From contig CM052816.1 of NCBI GenBank assembly GCA_028534125.1, forward strand, positions 19,222,001 to 19,286,000: a DNA stretch of 64,000 bases, given 5' to 3'. Under the pieces are notes generated by a model. The model made no database searches and was not told the DNA's origin. It saw only the letters and a list, made by a program, of their open reading frames with translations. Shown here in pieces: positions 1 through 11,439 of the stretch. The stretch comes from Lama glama. Its lineage: Eukaryota. Position numbers and translations under genes: made by a program. Each line of letters starts with the position of its first letter. Positions within the stretch are counted from its first letter, which is position 1.

Positions 1-1920
1 TCACAGCACTCTAAAGATGACATTCCATTGCCTCTGATCTCTATTATTTCTGATGAAAAGTCAACTATCATTCTTGTCATTGTCCCTCCATGTCTATGAT
101 AAAACTATGACAAATATTTTTTTCTTCAGCCTTTTCCAGCAATTTGGCTATGATCTTGCTTGAGATTCTCTAAGCTGCTTAGACTTGTGGTGGTATGATT
201 TTTTTCCATTAGTTTTGGAAAATGTTTGGTCCCTATCTCTTCAAATTATTTTTTCTGCCCTTTTCTGGCTCGTCTTCTTTTTCTAGGATTCCAATTACAT
301 GTGTGTCCGACTTTTTGGTGTTATCCCAAACTCTCAAACTCTGTTTCGTTTTTTTCAGTCTATTTCTTCCTTTTTGTTTCGGTTTAGATCATTTCTATTG
401 ACATGTCTTTATTGATTTTTTTCCTCTGTTGTATCCAGTCTCCTAACAAGTCCATCAACAGAATTTTTCATGCCTGTCATCCTGTTTTTCATTTCTAGCA
501 TTTCCATTTAATTTTGTTTTTATATTTTGCATATGCCTGCTGAAATTCTCTATCTGTTGATACATGTTGCCCATCTTTTTCACTAGAACCTTTAGGATAT
601 TTATCACAGTTATTTTACAGTCCCTGTCTGATAATTTCCAACATGTGGGCCAATCTTGACCTGGTTCTATCAATTATTTTATCTCTTGACAAGTGATCAT
701 ATCATTGGGGAGGGGGTGTGTGTGTGATATACACTTATACTGAACACTACACACTGTGTGCAAAATATAGTCAAGACTGAGGTAAATACTCCCCCAAATG
801 AAGAATTCCCTTCTTCTAACAGGCTGTTAATGTCAGAAGTTTTGTTAGTATCTAGTTTGTAGTTGAGTTGGGTTTGGGCTTCATTATTGCTTTTGTTACA
901 TTATGTGTACTGCAGGCTTCAAATTTTCTTCATGGTGGACCCAAATTTAGGGTGCCGCCTTCTCAGCGTGAAGCCAAATGTGAGAGACTTTCTCTGAACT
1001 CTTCTATACCTCCGACCACTTCAGCAGGCTCTGCCCTACAGAAGGGGTCTCTCTCAGCATTCCTGCCCCTCTCCTGGTGGTGCACTGCTGTCTGGTGTTC
1101 AGCTATGCATATCTGTGCCTCAGAGAGGCTCCCTCTCCGCTCTCCTGCCTTCTGCCCAATAGGAGATGACCGCTGTATCACACTGAGCACGGAATCCAGA
1201 TCTCGGGCAGGTTTTGGGCCCTCACCCAGCAGCAGATGAGCACTGACTCTTTCCCATGTAATGTCCAAAAGGGTTTCTCTGCACAAGAAGGTTTCTCTTG
1301 GTTTTCCTGCTCTGGCCTCAGTGCTAGGCAGGTCTTGGGCCTCTGCCTCAGAGGTGGGGCTCTCTTAACACTCCTGTCCTCCCCCAGGGGCAGATACCTC
1401 CTGCCACTTACTCTTGGAAAGTCAGGAAAACAGGAGGGTTTGTATTGGTTCTACTGTTTTAACTACAGACTCAGCCAGGCTCTGTGTACCTGCACCACAG
1501 AGAGTTTTCTCTCTATTCTCCTGTGCTGCCCTCTGTCTTCCCTTGTGAGCTCTCGATGGAAGCCATGGACAGAAGTGAGCATGCAGACACCTCTTGTGTC
1601 TGGGGCTTCCAAGAATTCTAACCTGCCATAGTAGCCCACACTTGGCTTTTAAAATTTTATTCCAACTTCAGCTGCTTTCTTCTCACTTGCTTTCTGTGAT
1701 GGTGACCTCCTCTTCCGGCTGCTCAGCCCAAGGTGAAATAATCATGGGTCTCATCTCTTCCTGGAGGGGCTGTCACCCTTAGGATTTTAATTCATCAGGT
1801 TACCTTGTGTCCTCAGCTCTCTGATAGACTTAATATATGATTTTGTAAATAAACTGGCTTGTTCTTATTGTTAGGGTAGGAGCAATGTTCTCTTGCAAAT
1901 GTTTACATCCCAGGCAGAAG
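1..1920 (-). mobile_element. Ancient L1 (L1M-type) 5' region/ORF1 fragment
   Basis: T-rich + strand typical of antisense L1. Minus ORF 455-673 (DCKITVINILKVLVKKMGNMYQQIENFSR) resembles the ORF1p N-terminal coiled coil. 700-1920 resembles an L1M 5' end; boundary approximate. Confidence 0.7.
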
Positions 1921-2149
1921 CTCTCACTAGATATGAGTATTAGTAACTAATAACCTCTCTTTTTTGGTATGCATTTATAAGCTTTAGATGCAACTTCACT
2001 CTTTGTACATCTATTCTTTTCTAGTGAAATAAAAATAAAATCTTACCCTTCTCCCTTAGTCCCACAGCTCCTTGCACCTGGAGCCCATGAACAGTACGGG
2101 GTGAAGAATCTGTGCGCAGCCAGCAAAGGAATGGATGGCATTAGGATAG

Positions 2150-2378
2150 TGATGACAATAAACACTTGTTGGGCGCTCAGCAGGTGAAGCAGGCAGTGTC
2201 TTATAAATGCATGATTTTATCTCTCACAACTCAATGAACTAGATACTGCTTTCCAGCTGAGGAAATTCACGTTCAGAGAAATGAAATGACTTGCCCAAGG
2301 CCACATAGCTAATAACGAGAGAAACCAGGACTTGGATTGAAGCGGTCTGGCCCTGGAGTCTCCACTCTTAACCTCCAC
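2150..2378 (-). mobile_element. MIR SINE
   Basis: Antisense MIR core: gaggaaattcacgttcagagaaatgaaatgacttgcccaaggccacatagcta. Confidence 0.85.
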
Positions 2379-2489
2379 ATTTTGAGAGTGAGGGAGGGGT
2401 TAAATATTTACTTAAACTAAATTTTCTTACATCCATGACCTGAGTTCTGACTAACTCACATAGCTCTCTATACATCCAGGGTCAGAACA

Positions 2490-2522
2490 ACACACACACA
2501 CACACACACACACTCTCTCTCT
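2490..2522. repeat. (CA)n(CT)n compound microsatellite
   Basis: Directly visible. Confidence 0.95.
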
Positions 2523-3829
2523 CACTCTTTTTCACACAAATCTTCCACAAGGAAGTGACGCTCCCACACTTCATCTCATCAGAATGCCCTTACATCACCC
2601 TACTGCCTTCAGAAGGAGCCTCCCTCCAGGCCCCCGCACCTGCCCCCAACCCAGTACAATGGCAGAAGGCCAAGACTGGATGGGGTTTGCAGAGGTTGGC
2701 AGCAGAGCAATGGCCTAAGCAAGACCAGCCTGCAGATGAGTCCTTGGACAAATGCAGAGAGAAGACTGGACAGCCCAGTGAGAGCCGTGAGGTTCCGGGG
2801 GCCTCCCCAGGCAGTCTGATGTGGGGAGGGAGTGGGGAGATGATGCACCATAGGTCATCAACTAATGGATCTAAAGTCCAAACCCATTATCTTAAGGAAT
2901 TGGAAGGAAAAAAAATCGTGTAGTTACATTTACAATTCAGCAGCATAACTTCCCTGACAATCTGCCTAGAATAGAGCTCGCTCTTCCCGAAGCAATGTCT
3001 TAGCTGTTCAAAGGAAGACTTTCCCCAGTCACTTTAAAAACTAGAGACATTGCCATTAGGAGCAAAGAGATCAAAAGAACCTTAATCTCCTCTGTCAGTG
3101 GGCCAGCCACTTACCAAGTCTGAGAATGTTCCCCACACACTGCTTCCTGAGCCTGCCTGACAGTCCCTGGGACTGGTACCTTGGATCTTGGAAAATAGAA
3201 ATATGGTTTTACTTACGCAGGTCTCTATCTCTAGGAGATGCATGGAACGATAACACAATGGCCCAATCATCTCCCACCCCAATGGCTGCAAAATGGTATT
3301 TCAGAACTCATAATTGGAATAGCTGTGGTTGCTTTCTTTAAAGAGGGATCAAAACATTGAAATCCATCCAAGAGCACTGCTCATGTAACCTGAGAACGGG
3401 TGGCATTCATTAATGGAGCACACACAAGGCACTTGCCCTCATGTCCTTGAGAAAGATTCCCTCAGCATTCCTCGGCTAGAAGCAGGCCCCATGGCTCCGC
3501 GCGCTCAGGAAGGCCCTGCTTGTACAGAAGGCTGGTGTGCAGGCTTACTTGTTCTAGGCTCTCTTTCACATCACTAGGCTGCTGCAAATTAAGGTTGCAT
3601 TAACAGAAGTACGCTTCCAAGAAGGAGGGAGGTGAGGCCCTTCTTGCTTCTGTAGGGCTAACTTGGGCAGGGTGTACTGCATTCTCAGCCCTTGCACTTT
3701 AAGGTGGACTTTGCCCAAATAGCGTAAGCCCTAAGGAGGGGTGCTTGGGGTGATGGAAGTTCCATGACCAGGACCTATGAAGTGGTTATACAGTCTTGAC
3801 ACACTGAGCCTACTCATGCTTTTATTTCT

Positions 3830-4020
3830 GCTCCAAGGACTGGCATGCTACCCCATGCTCAAACCTTTCTCACTCTGTGCTCTTGTCTCACATGTATTGA
3901 TCCTTCCCCGCAACTAAACCTTGGGCTCCCTGGACAGTACGGAGGATGGGGGTTAACACACAATACCCGGTGTGCCCAGAAATATCTGTTGAAAGAATGA
4001 ATGAACAAATAAATAGAGAA
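3830..4020 (+). mobile_element. L2 3' end fragment
   Basis: Ends in an L2-type tail: aaatatctgttgaaagaatgaatgaa. Confidence 0.6.
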
Positions 4021-4254
4021 ACAAAAGGGCTGCCTTGGAAGGATGGATTCCTACACGCCGTTATCTGCCCACCCGACCCCTCCCTGGGATGACAGGAAAA
4101 CTGGCCTGCTGATGGAAGGGGGTAATGACATTCCACCCGCCTCCCAATGAGATGCCAGGAGCTGAAGGATTAGACTCCTCCAAAATTTATAAGCAAGTCA
4201 GGCTCCCAGCGGAGAAAGCGTAAGAATGAATACCAAGTTGGAGGAAGTCAAAGA

Positions 4255-4440
4255 TAGGAGTCAAAGTGGAGTCCTGAAGCTGTGGGACCTCAAGCAAACT
4301 GCTTAGCCCTCCTGTGCCTTTGCTTCCTTTGGTTGTAAAATGGCTAAAATCACAGCTAGTTCACAAGTCTTGCTGGGAGAATCTAATGAAATACTGCTGG
4401 AAAGGGCACATTAAAAGACTATGGAGAGCACTAAATAGGT
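4255..4440 (+). mobile_element. MIR fragment
   Basis: gctgtgggacctcaagcaaactgcttagccctcctgtgcctttgcttcc...tgtaaaatgg matches the degenerate MIR core. Confidence 0.7.
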
Positions 4441-4869
4441 AAGGGGAGAAGGCAGTGACAATAATGGAGGTAAGTGGCATCCTAGGGGGAGGGGATGGTC
4501 TGGCCTAAGACATAGGGTGAGAAGGTGCAGGAACTTATGGGGCCGTCCCTCAGGACATCTGGCTGACTCTTGGAACCCAGCCAGGAGGCTGGCATCTGAA
4601 ATGAGGCTGGCAGTGAAGGGGAGGCCAAGGGCTTCTCTGCACAGGGGTGGAAGGGCCCTGCCAAGGTCTGCACATCCAGGACAGGAGGATGAAGCTCATC
4701 ACTGTTGCTCTGTTGCTACCAACACAACACTGAGAACACAACCAGCCGCTCATAATTGTGTTCCCTTCTTGCTTTGGCCAGTAGGAGGCTCAGAGTCTAA
4801 TCTCATCCTACCTCCAATAAGAGCACTGGAACGATGGCCTCTTTCCCCAACCCCCCAGACCTCTCCTGT

Positions 4870-4970
4870 GACACCATAAGATCCAGGAGAGCAGGTACCA
4901 TGGCTGTTTTGTTCACTGCTGCATCCATAGAGCCAGGCACATGATCAATACTCAGCAGATACTTGCTGTC
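4870..4970 (+). mobile_element. L2 3' end fragment
   Basis: ttttgttcactgctgcatcc...ggcacatgatcaatactcagcagatacttg. Confidence 0.7.
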
Positions 4971-5332
4971 CATTCACACCCTTGTTTCCTTGCCTTCTTT
5001 TCCCTTTGCCCCAATTTCTCCCCTTATTTCATGTCTATCCTGCTGTAGCAGCTGTGTTTCTGAAACTGCCTCAGATCCTCTTTCATACAAGGTGGGGTAC
5101 AAATAAATATCTAAGAAAAAGAGGACATAACAAATAAAGAATCCATGGATGCATCAGTCACCCAAGCAGCTTATGTAACAGGGCTCTGCTGACCTTCCCC
5201 GCTTCCTCCGAGAGGCAGGCTCGGCGGGTGCAGGCGCAGAAGGCACTGGTTCTGAAGTTCAGCTTTGTCCTTAGGAGGCCCTCCTACCAGGCTGCTCCCA
5301 GAGATTAGGTTACCTCCAGACCCAGCTGAAAG

Positions 5333-5345
5333 GTTGCCTAGCAAC
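5333..5345. promoter_or_regulatory. RFX X-box motif
   Basis: GTTGCCTAGCAAC matches the 13-bp palindromic RFX site, in non-repeat sequence. Confidence 0.6.
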
Positions 5346-6349
5346 ACTCATCAGACTCCTCACCTCTAAATCCCTCATTTGTGTCTTACATGTACACAGT
5401 GCAGGGTTAGCCTGACCCTGCGCACCATCCTCCTCCCGCAACTCCCCACCTAAAACAGGCTGCTCTGCCTGCATCGCCAGAACCTTCTTCTACGCCTGAC
5501 CTGTGACTCCCAGTGGGTTCCCGTTGAGCACAAGCACAGAGGCAGATTGAGCTTCGAGCCCCAGAGCCACCATGTCTGATCAGCACACGCCAGAAAGCAG
5601 CAAGGGGAAACAGGAAAGATAAGCTGGAAGCCTGCATCTGTCTAGCCGATGCAGACCCCGTTACCCCTGGAGCTGCCTCCTTTGAGACTTTCTGCTCTCA
5701 GGAAAACACTTTATTTTTCATCCAGAAGGGTCAAAAACATGCAAACGTGTAAATAAATGAAGTGTTGCTTAAGATCATATCTAAACAGTGTTCAAAAATA
5801 AATAGTCTTTCTCTAAAGTAAGACAGTATGCAGTATCCATCTGGGGAGGCAGGAATACAAGGAGCAGTTTGGAAGAAACACTCCCAAATTTATGAGACCC
5901 GAATTTTATCTGTGCTTTTCCAGAAGCCATAAAAAAAGAGCAAAGAAGCCCAAACATGGGCCAGAGGAGTGGATGTGGGCAAGCACCCGTTTCCTCGGGC
6001 TCTAAGCAACCCTGCCAGGCAACCGTCTGGCTGCCAGTGAGGATAGGTTTCACCGCGGCCTCTCTAGCTGCTCCTCCAGCTTAACTGCCAGGCAACTGGC
6101 AGCTACAAGAGCGTCCACAGGAAAACACTGCTCTTTTCCCTTTACGCAAAGAGCAAGCCACGTTTTCTTGTATTGAGTCTAAAACCGGTCAACTCCATCT
6201 GGCCTCTGTCCCTCAGCCAAAAGTTAAAACATTAAGCATTACACACACACAAGAGCAAGAGAGCAATTTAAGCTCTTTATGATGAAATGTATTTTTGATA
6301 GTGAAATGAAGAACAGACAAGGGCAAAGGGTCAAATCAAGACTCTTTGG

Positions 6350-6560
6350 AGCTGTGCTGGCCAACAGGTAGCCGCTAGCCACACAGGTCTACTTAAGTTT
6401 AAATGCAATGAACTACAAGTAGAAATCTAGCTCTTCCATTGCACCAGCCACATTGCAGAAGCTCAGTATGCACGTGTGGCTAGTGGCCACCATGTCAGAT
6501 AGCTCAGATATTAAAGAACATTTTCATCATTATAGAAAGTTCTACTGGATAGCACTGCTC
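6350..6560. mobile_element. MER3-like hAT-Charlie MITE
   Basis: ctgtgctggccaacaggtagccgctagccac...gtggctagtggccacc...gaaagttctactggatagcactg; internal inverted motifs typical of MER3/MER33. Confidence 0.8.
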
Positions 6561-6840
6561 TGGACCATTCCAGGAGAGCAGGCTGTGGTCACAAGGGTCC
6601 ATCCCCAACATAGTGGATTCTGTCAACAGGCCCTGTTAGATGCCCATATGCTCCTGATCAACACTTCCAAGGTGAGCTCTCAGTCTCAGGAAAAAAACTC
6701 TACTTCCAAGGCCCAAACACATCTGGGAATTTTCCTAGTACCACCACAGTGCCGTGTCTCAGCCAGACTTATCCCTGCATCCCATCAAAAGTTACCTTGT
6801 AACCCCTGTCTTGAGACATACTTCCACACTGCTCTAGGGG

Positions 6841-7272
6841 TGTAGTGGGTGGAATGGTGCCCCCCACCCCCAAGATGTGCCCACCCAGAACCTGGGAATG
6901 TTAACTTATTTGAAAAAGGAGTCTTTGCAGATGCAATTAAAGAACAGATCATGCCGGATTCATCAATAGGCCCTAAGTCCAATGACAAATGTCTTTATAA
7001 AAAGAGGAGAAGCTACAGACAGAAGAGGAGAAGGCCACATGAGGATGGAGGCAGGAACGAGTTCCAAAGGAAAGCTCAGGGCTGCCGGCAGCCACCAGAA
7101 GCTACAAGTGAGGCGTGGAGCAGATACTCCCTCTGAGCCTCTAGAAGGAACCAACCCTGCCAACACCTGGATTTTGAACTTCTGGCCTCCAGAACTTGAG
7201 AGAATACATTTCTGTTGTTTTAAGCCACAGGTTTGAGATAATTTGTTACAGCAGCTGTAGGAAACAAATGCA
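6841..7272 (+). mobile_element. MLT1C-like solo LTR (ERVL-MaLR)
   Basis: Starts TGTAGTGGG and ends CA. Contains gtctttgcagatgcaattaa, ttctggcctccagaact and tttctgttgttttaagccac. Flanks agggg/aaggg fit a decayed 5-bp TSD. Confidence 0.9.
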
Positions 7273-9369
7273 AAGGGTTAATGGCAAATTATGACTGAGT
7301 GGGTTTCCTCCCCCAAAGGAGTTGCATTTAGCATCCACCCCTGGCCCGCGCCTTCCAGCCTGGACCAGAGGGCCCCTGCTGAGCAAGAGCAGAGACAGGC
7401 AAGGCGGCTGCACACGCCAGAAAGCAGCACCTACTGGTGGTGACAGAATGATCTGGGAATAATGAAGCCTCTGCAGGACTCCTCAAACGATGCCATAATG
7501 CTACAGAAATGGCTGTGGTACCCGTCCCACCACCCAGGCCCTTATCAACTAGTAGTCCCCTCCTCCACACCATGCTAGGCAGGCTGTACTCAGCCCCGCC
7601 TCTCCTCTCCTCTCCTGCTGCCCTCTTTCCCATCCTTATTCCAAGGCTCATCTCAAAACCCACCCATTTCAGGAAGCCTCCTCAGCCCACCTCATCCCAG
7701 CATGACAGCCACACACCATGACAGGAGGAGGCCTGGGTTCTAGGCTTGGCGTAGCCACAGCCTCGCGGTGAGACCCCCACCAGTCTGTCTCTGCATCTGT
7801 CTGGGCCTCACTAAGCCCGTGTGCAGCATGAGGGGCGAGGGGAGGCTGTGGTGATGATCTCCAGTTCTTGTTAGCACATTCACCAATTTGTACCATTATT
7901 CACCTTTTCTGCCTGGTATGTAATAGATACTAAGCAATAGCAAAAATATTAATTATGATAATAAAAAACTAACATTTATTGAGTCAGACATGAGCTAAAT
8001 GCTTTATGTATGTTATCACATTTACTCAGTATTTTTTTTGGATGAATGGGTGAATCAAAGGAGGGAGGAGGCACGGGAGGAAAGAGACTACACTCTAACC
8101 AAGTACCAGACTCGCCAAGGCAGAATCCTTGTCCCGCTGGCTTGACCCAGCACAGAGCTTGACTTACCACTAGGGGCTCGATAAATATGGGAAAGGAACA
8201 GAAAGGAGATCAGATTCAGGACATTCCTTACCTCTGAATAGGGTACCCCAACTCCTAGCGGCCTACCCACCCACACCCACTCCTCTGGACTAGGAGCCTC
8301 TGAAAGGACTCAGTTCCCGAATGAGAGAATGCCAACAGTAACAGGATCCCTGCACAGGTGCTGGCCTAGTACATCTCTCAATTTTTGTCTCCAGCCCAGT
8401 GGCCTGAGTGCCTTGGAGCAGAGGTACATGGGGACTCGGCACAGAACCATAAACCAGTAGGATTAGCCCCCATGTCACTACTTGCTAGATGTCAGGGATC
8501 CTCTCGGTCGCCTGAGAGCCGTCTGAAATGACGCGTTCCCTGGCACCCTGGCCCGCTCCTCTGGGCTGCCACATTTCACCTTCACTTGTTTATATCGAGT
8601 AACCTGAGCTCAGCAGTCCTGACCGAGGCGTGTTAGTCCTGACACGGCCCAGAGAGGCCGGGACGGCCTTGTTCTCATTACTCGGCAGAGAAGGGGCCTT
8701 GCTCACATTACCCCACCATTCAGGCGCTGGGGCACAGGGCTGGCTCCCCAGGGGCTCAGCCGCTGGGTCCGAGGGCACAAGGTAAACCATGGGAGGTCTT
8801 AGCAACTCTTATCACTGTCGAACCCACAGGAACTTGCCGAATGTAAAGCATTTGCTTTCCTTCTCCCTCAGGACCCCAGGGAAGGCGGCAGGGCCCCCCA
8901 GTGCACCTCGCAGTGCCAGAAGAAAGGCGCCTCGTGCTATTAGCTCAAATAAGAAAAATAACGCCGGGGAGATTGAATTTTCTGCAGACTTGTTTAACTT
9001 GGTGATTTCTGAGCACTCGGTGCTGGCAGCCATGGGGGAATGGGCTGCCAGCCTGCGATTTATCAGCCGATTCTTGAGAATATTCGTAGGTTTATTAAAT
9101 CAGCATGAGTCACTTTCCGGCCTTCCTCACAAACATGAATCACAAATCAATAAAAGCCAAGGAAAACCCGTGACTTGATAGTTTCTTTGGGGCCTAAAGC
9201 ATCAAGAAGGGTGCTGTCAGTCCGAGGTCTGCCCCACCAGCAAGCGGAACTCCCAGGCAGGGCGGACAGAAGCGGCCAGGTGGAGCACCCGAGCCCGCAG
9301 GTGCAGGGGCGCCCAGAGAGCACAGATGTGGGCTGGGAAATGTGTAGACCCCGGCCCATCTACACATCA

Positions 9370-9675
9370 ATGGCTCATTTGCTCAGTCCTCCCTGTGCCA
9401 GGCGGCTTGCTGTACACGGGGGCAGTCAGCCTGGAGCAGGACTGGCCCAGCCTCTGCCCTCACAGAGCTTATGACCTAGTAGAAGATTTTGAAGTGATCG
9501 GAACCCTGTTTCTATTTCTTTCCCAGCTGGGAAAATTGGGGCCAATCATTTACCCTCTCTGAATCTCAGTTTCCCACAGAGCTGCAGTGAGGATCAAAAG
9601 AAGAGCTAATATATATAAAGTCCCTCCCAAGGTGCCTGGTACATCACACCTGCTCAACGGGCATTTGCTATTTCT
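9370..9675. mobile_element. L2 fragment (-) followed by MIR fragment (+)
   Basis: ctgccctcacagagcttatgacctagt (antisense L2 end); ctctctgaatctcagtttccc...gtgcctggtaca (MIR). Confidence 0.65.
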
Positions 9676-10946
9676 CTGGACAGAAGGGAGTGATCTACAA
9701 CACCCTACTGAAACCAGGGGGCCTCTCCCAATCCCTACCGACCCTCCTAATTGTGCCCAGACAACCTTGAATCCAGGCACCACGCTCAGCCCCCTGGGAG
9801 CAGTGTGCTGGCACCCCCGCAGCTCTGGCTGGAGAGAGCAGCTCCGTCCTGCCCAAGACTCCTGCCCCCTGGAGCTTCCGCACCAGTGTCAGTTCCTCCT
9901 TCCTGGCAACCTGTAGCATCATCTCTTTCTCTGCGTCTTCTCTCCTCTGGTCTTTTGGCCAGTAGGGTCCTGACCACACTCTCAGCCTCTAGCCTTCACC
10001 TCTCTCCAAAGAGGCCAAGACTGCGAAGAGCAGCTTCCTCCCCACAGCCCAGGCCGTCCCGCCACACTCGCCCACTCTCCCGCAGAACAAAGACTGGAGT
10101 CTTCCATTTTAATGCCCATGCTGGGCTCTCCTACCTCCCCAGCAAACTTCTCTCCTGCACTCTCAGTTTTCAGGCCCTGGCCCCGAAACATCACCTTCAG
10201 GGCTGCCACCTCCAGGGCAAGGCTGTGCACTGCCCAGTCAGGGCAGGGTAGGGAAGTCTCCGTGAGCACTAGAGCATGTGGGGCCCTCCAGGGACTGAAC
10301 CACAAGACGGCCCGGAGCCCGCTGCAGGCATCTGGCATTGGATCTGCATGGCTGGGCAGCACTGCTGAAACCTGCTGGGTGCCAGGTCACCTCCCTTCAT
10401 CCCTCACAACCCCACCTGGTAGGGACAGGCTCTCCACTGTGGGGCACACGGAGGCCTGGACAGGCAAGGCAAGTGGCCCAAGGTCAATACACAGGGAGTG
10501 ATGCGCTGAGGGACGGGCTACCTAGGCCAGAGAGACAACGGGGTGGGACCACTGGCGAAGGCTGTGGTGCAGACAGCAGATCCAGCGAGGCCCTGGGGGC
10601 CACGCTTCTGGCTGCAGCAGCCCTGAGGAGGCTTTGACTCCTTCCAGGGCTCCTGCTAGCCCAACACCAAGGTGGGGCTCTGATTTTGGGAAGCAAACTC
10701 TCTCACCTTCACTGGGAGGAGTGAATCTACCTGCCCCTACCTCCAGACAAAGAGCTCTGTGCAAGCCCAGCGTATCCTCAGGTGGCAGCAGCGCTGCCCT
10801 GACTGAGGGAGGGTGCCCCTTCCGGGGCCACCAAAGGCCAGCCTAGAGAAAACACAGCAAAACCATCACCGTGACTGTGTTTGGGTGATTGTACTAAGGA
10901 TAACTTCCTTTTTCTACTTTTATCTAGTTCCTAAATGTTAAGTGTT

Positions 10947-11439
10947 TATATATATCACATCTTCCTTATCCGTTCATCTATTGATGGACACTTAGAATAT
11001 TACTCAGCCATAAAAAAGAATGAAATAATGCCATTTGCAGCAATATGGATGGGCCTAGAGATTACCATACTAAGTGAAGTAAGTCAGAGAAAGATAAATA
11101 TATCACCTATATGGAATCTAAAATATGATATAAATGAGCTTATTCATGAAACAAACAGACTCACAGGTATAGGAAAAAAACATGATTACAAAGGGCAAGG
11201 GAGGGGAGGGATATATTAGGAGTCTGGGATTAACATATACACACTACTATGTATAAAATAGATAAACAACAAGGATTTACTGTATAGAACAGGGAAGTAT
11301 ATTCAACATCTTATAAAAACCTATCATGGAAAAGAAGCTGGAAATGTATACATAACTGAATCACTTTGCTGTAAACCTGAAACTAACACAACATTGTAAA
11401 TCAACTATACTTCAGTTTCTTAAAAGATAAAATAAAAAA
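10947..11439 (+). mobile_element. 5'-truncated, 5'-inverted L1 (laurasiatherian/artiodactyl-type 3' end)
   Basis: Encodes the ORF2 end (EYYSAIKKNEIMPFAAIWMGLEITILSEVSQ), then the 3' UTR (aactaacacaacattgtaaatcaactatacttca) and an A-rich tail. The first ~49 bp are inverted. TSD at 10932-10946 and 11440-11454. Confidence 0.92.

Noticed and set aside
9334..9349. 16-mer tgggaaatgtgtagac shared with the 35.3-kb duplication
   Set aside because: A shared 16-mer is roughly at chance expectation in 64 kb, and the flanks do not align.
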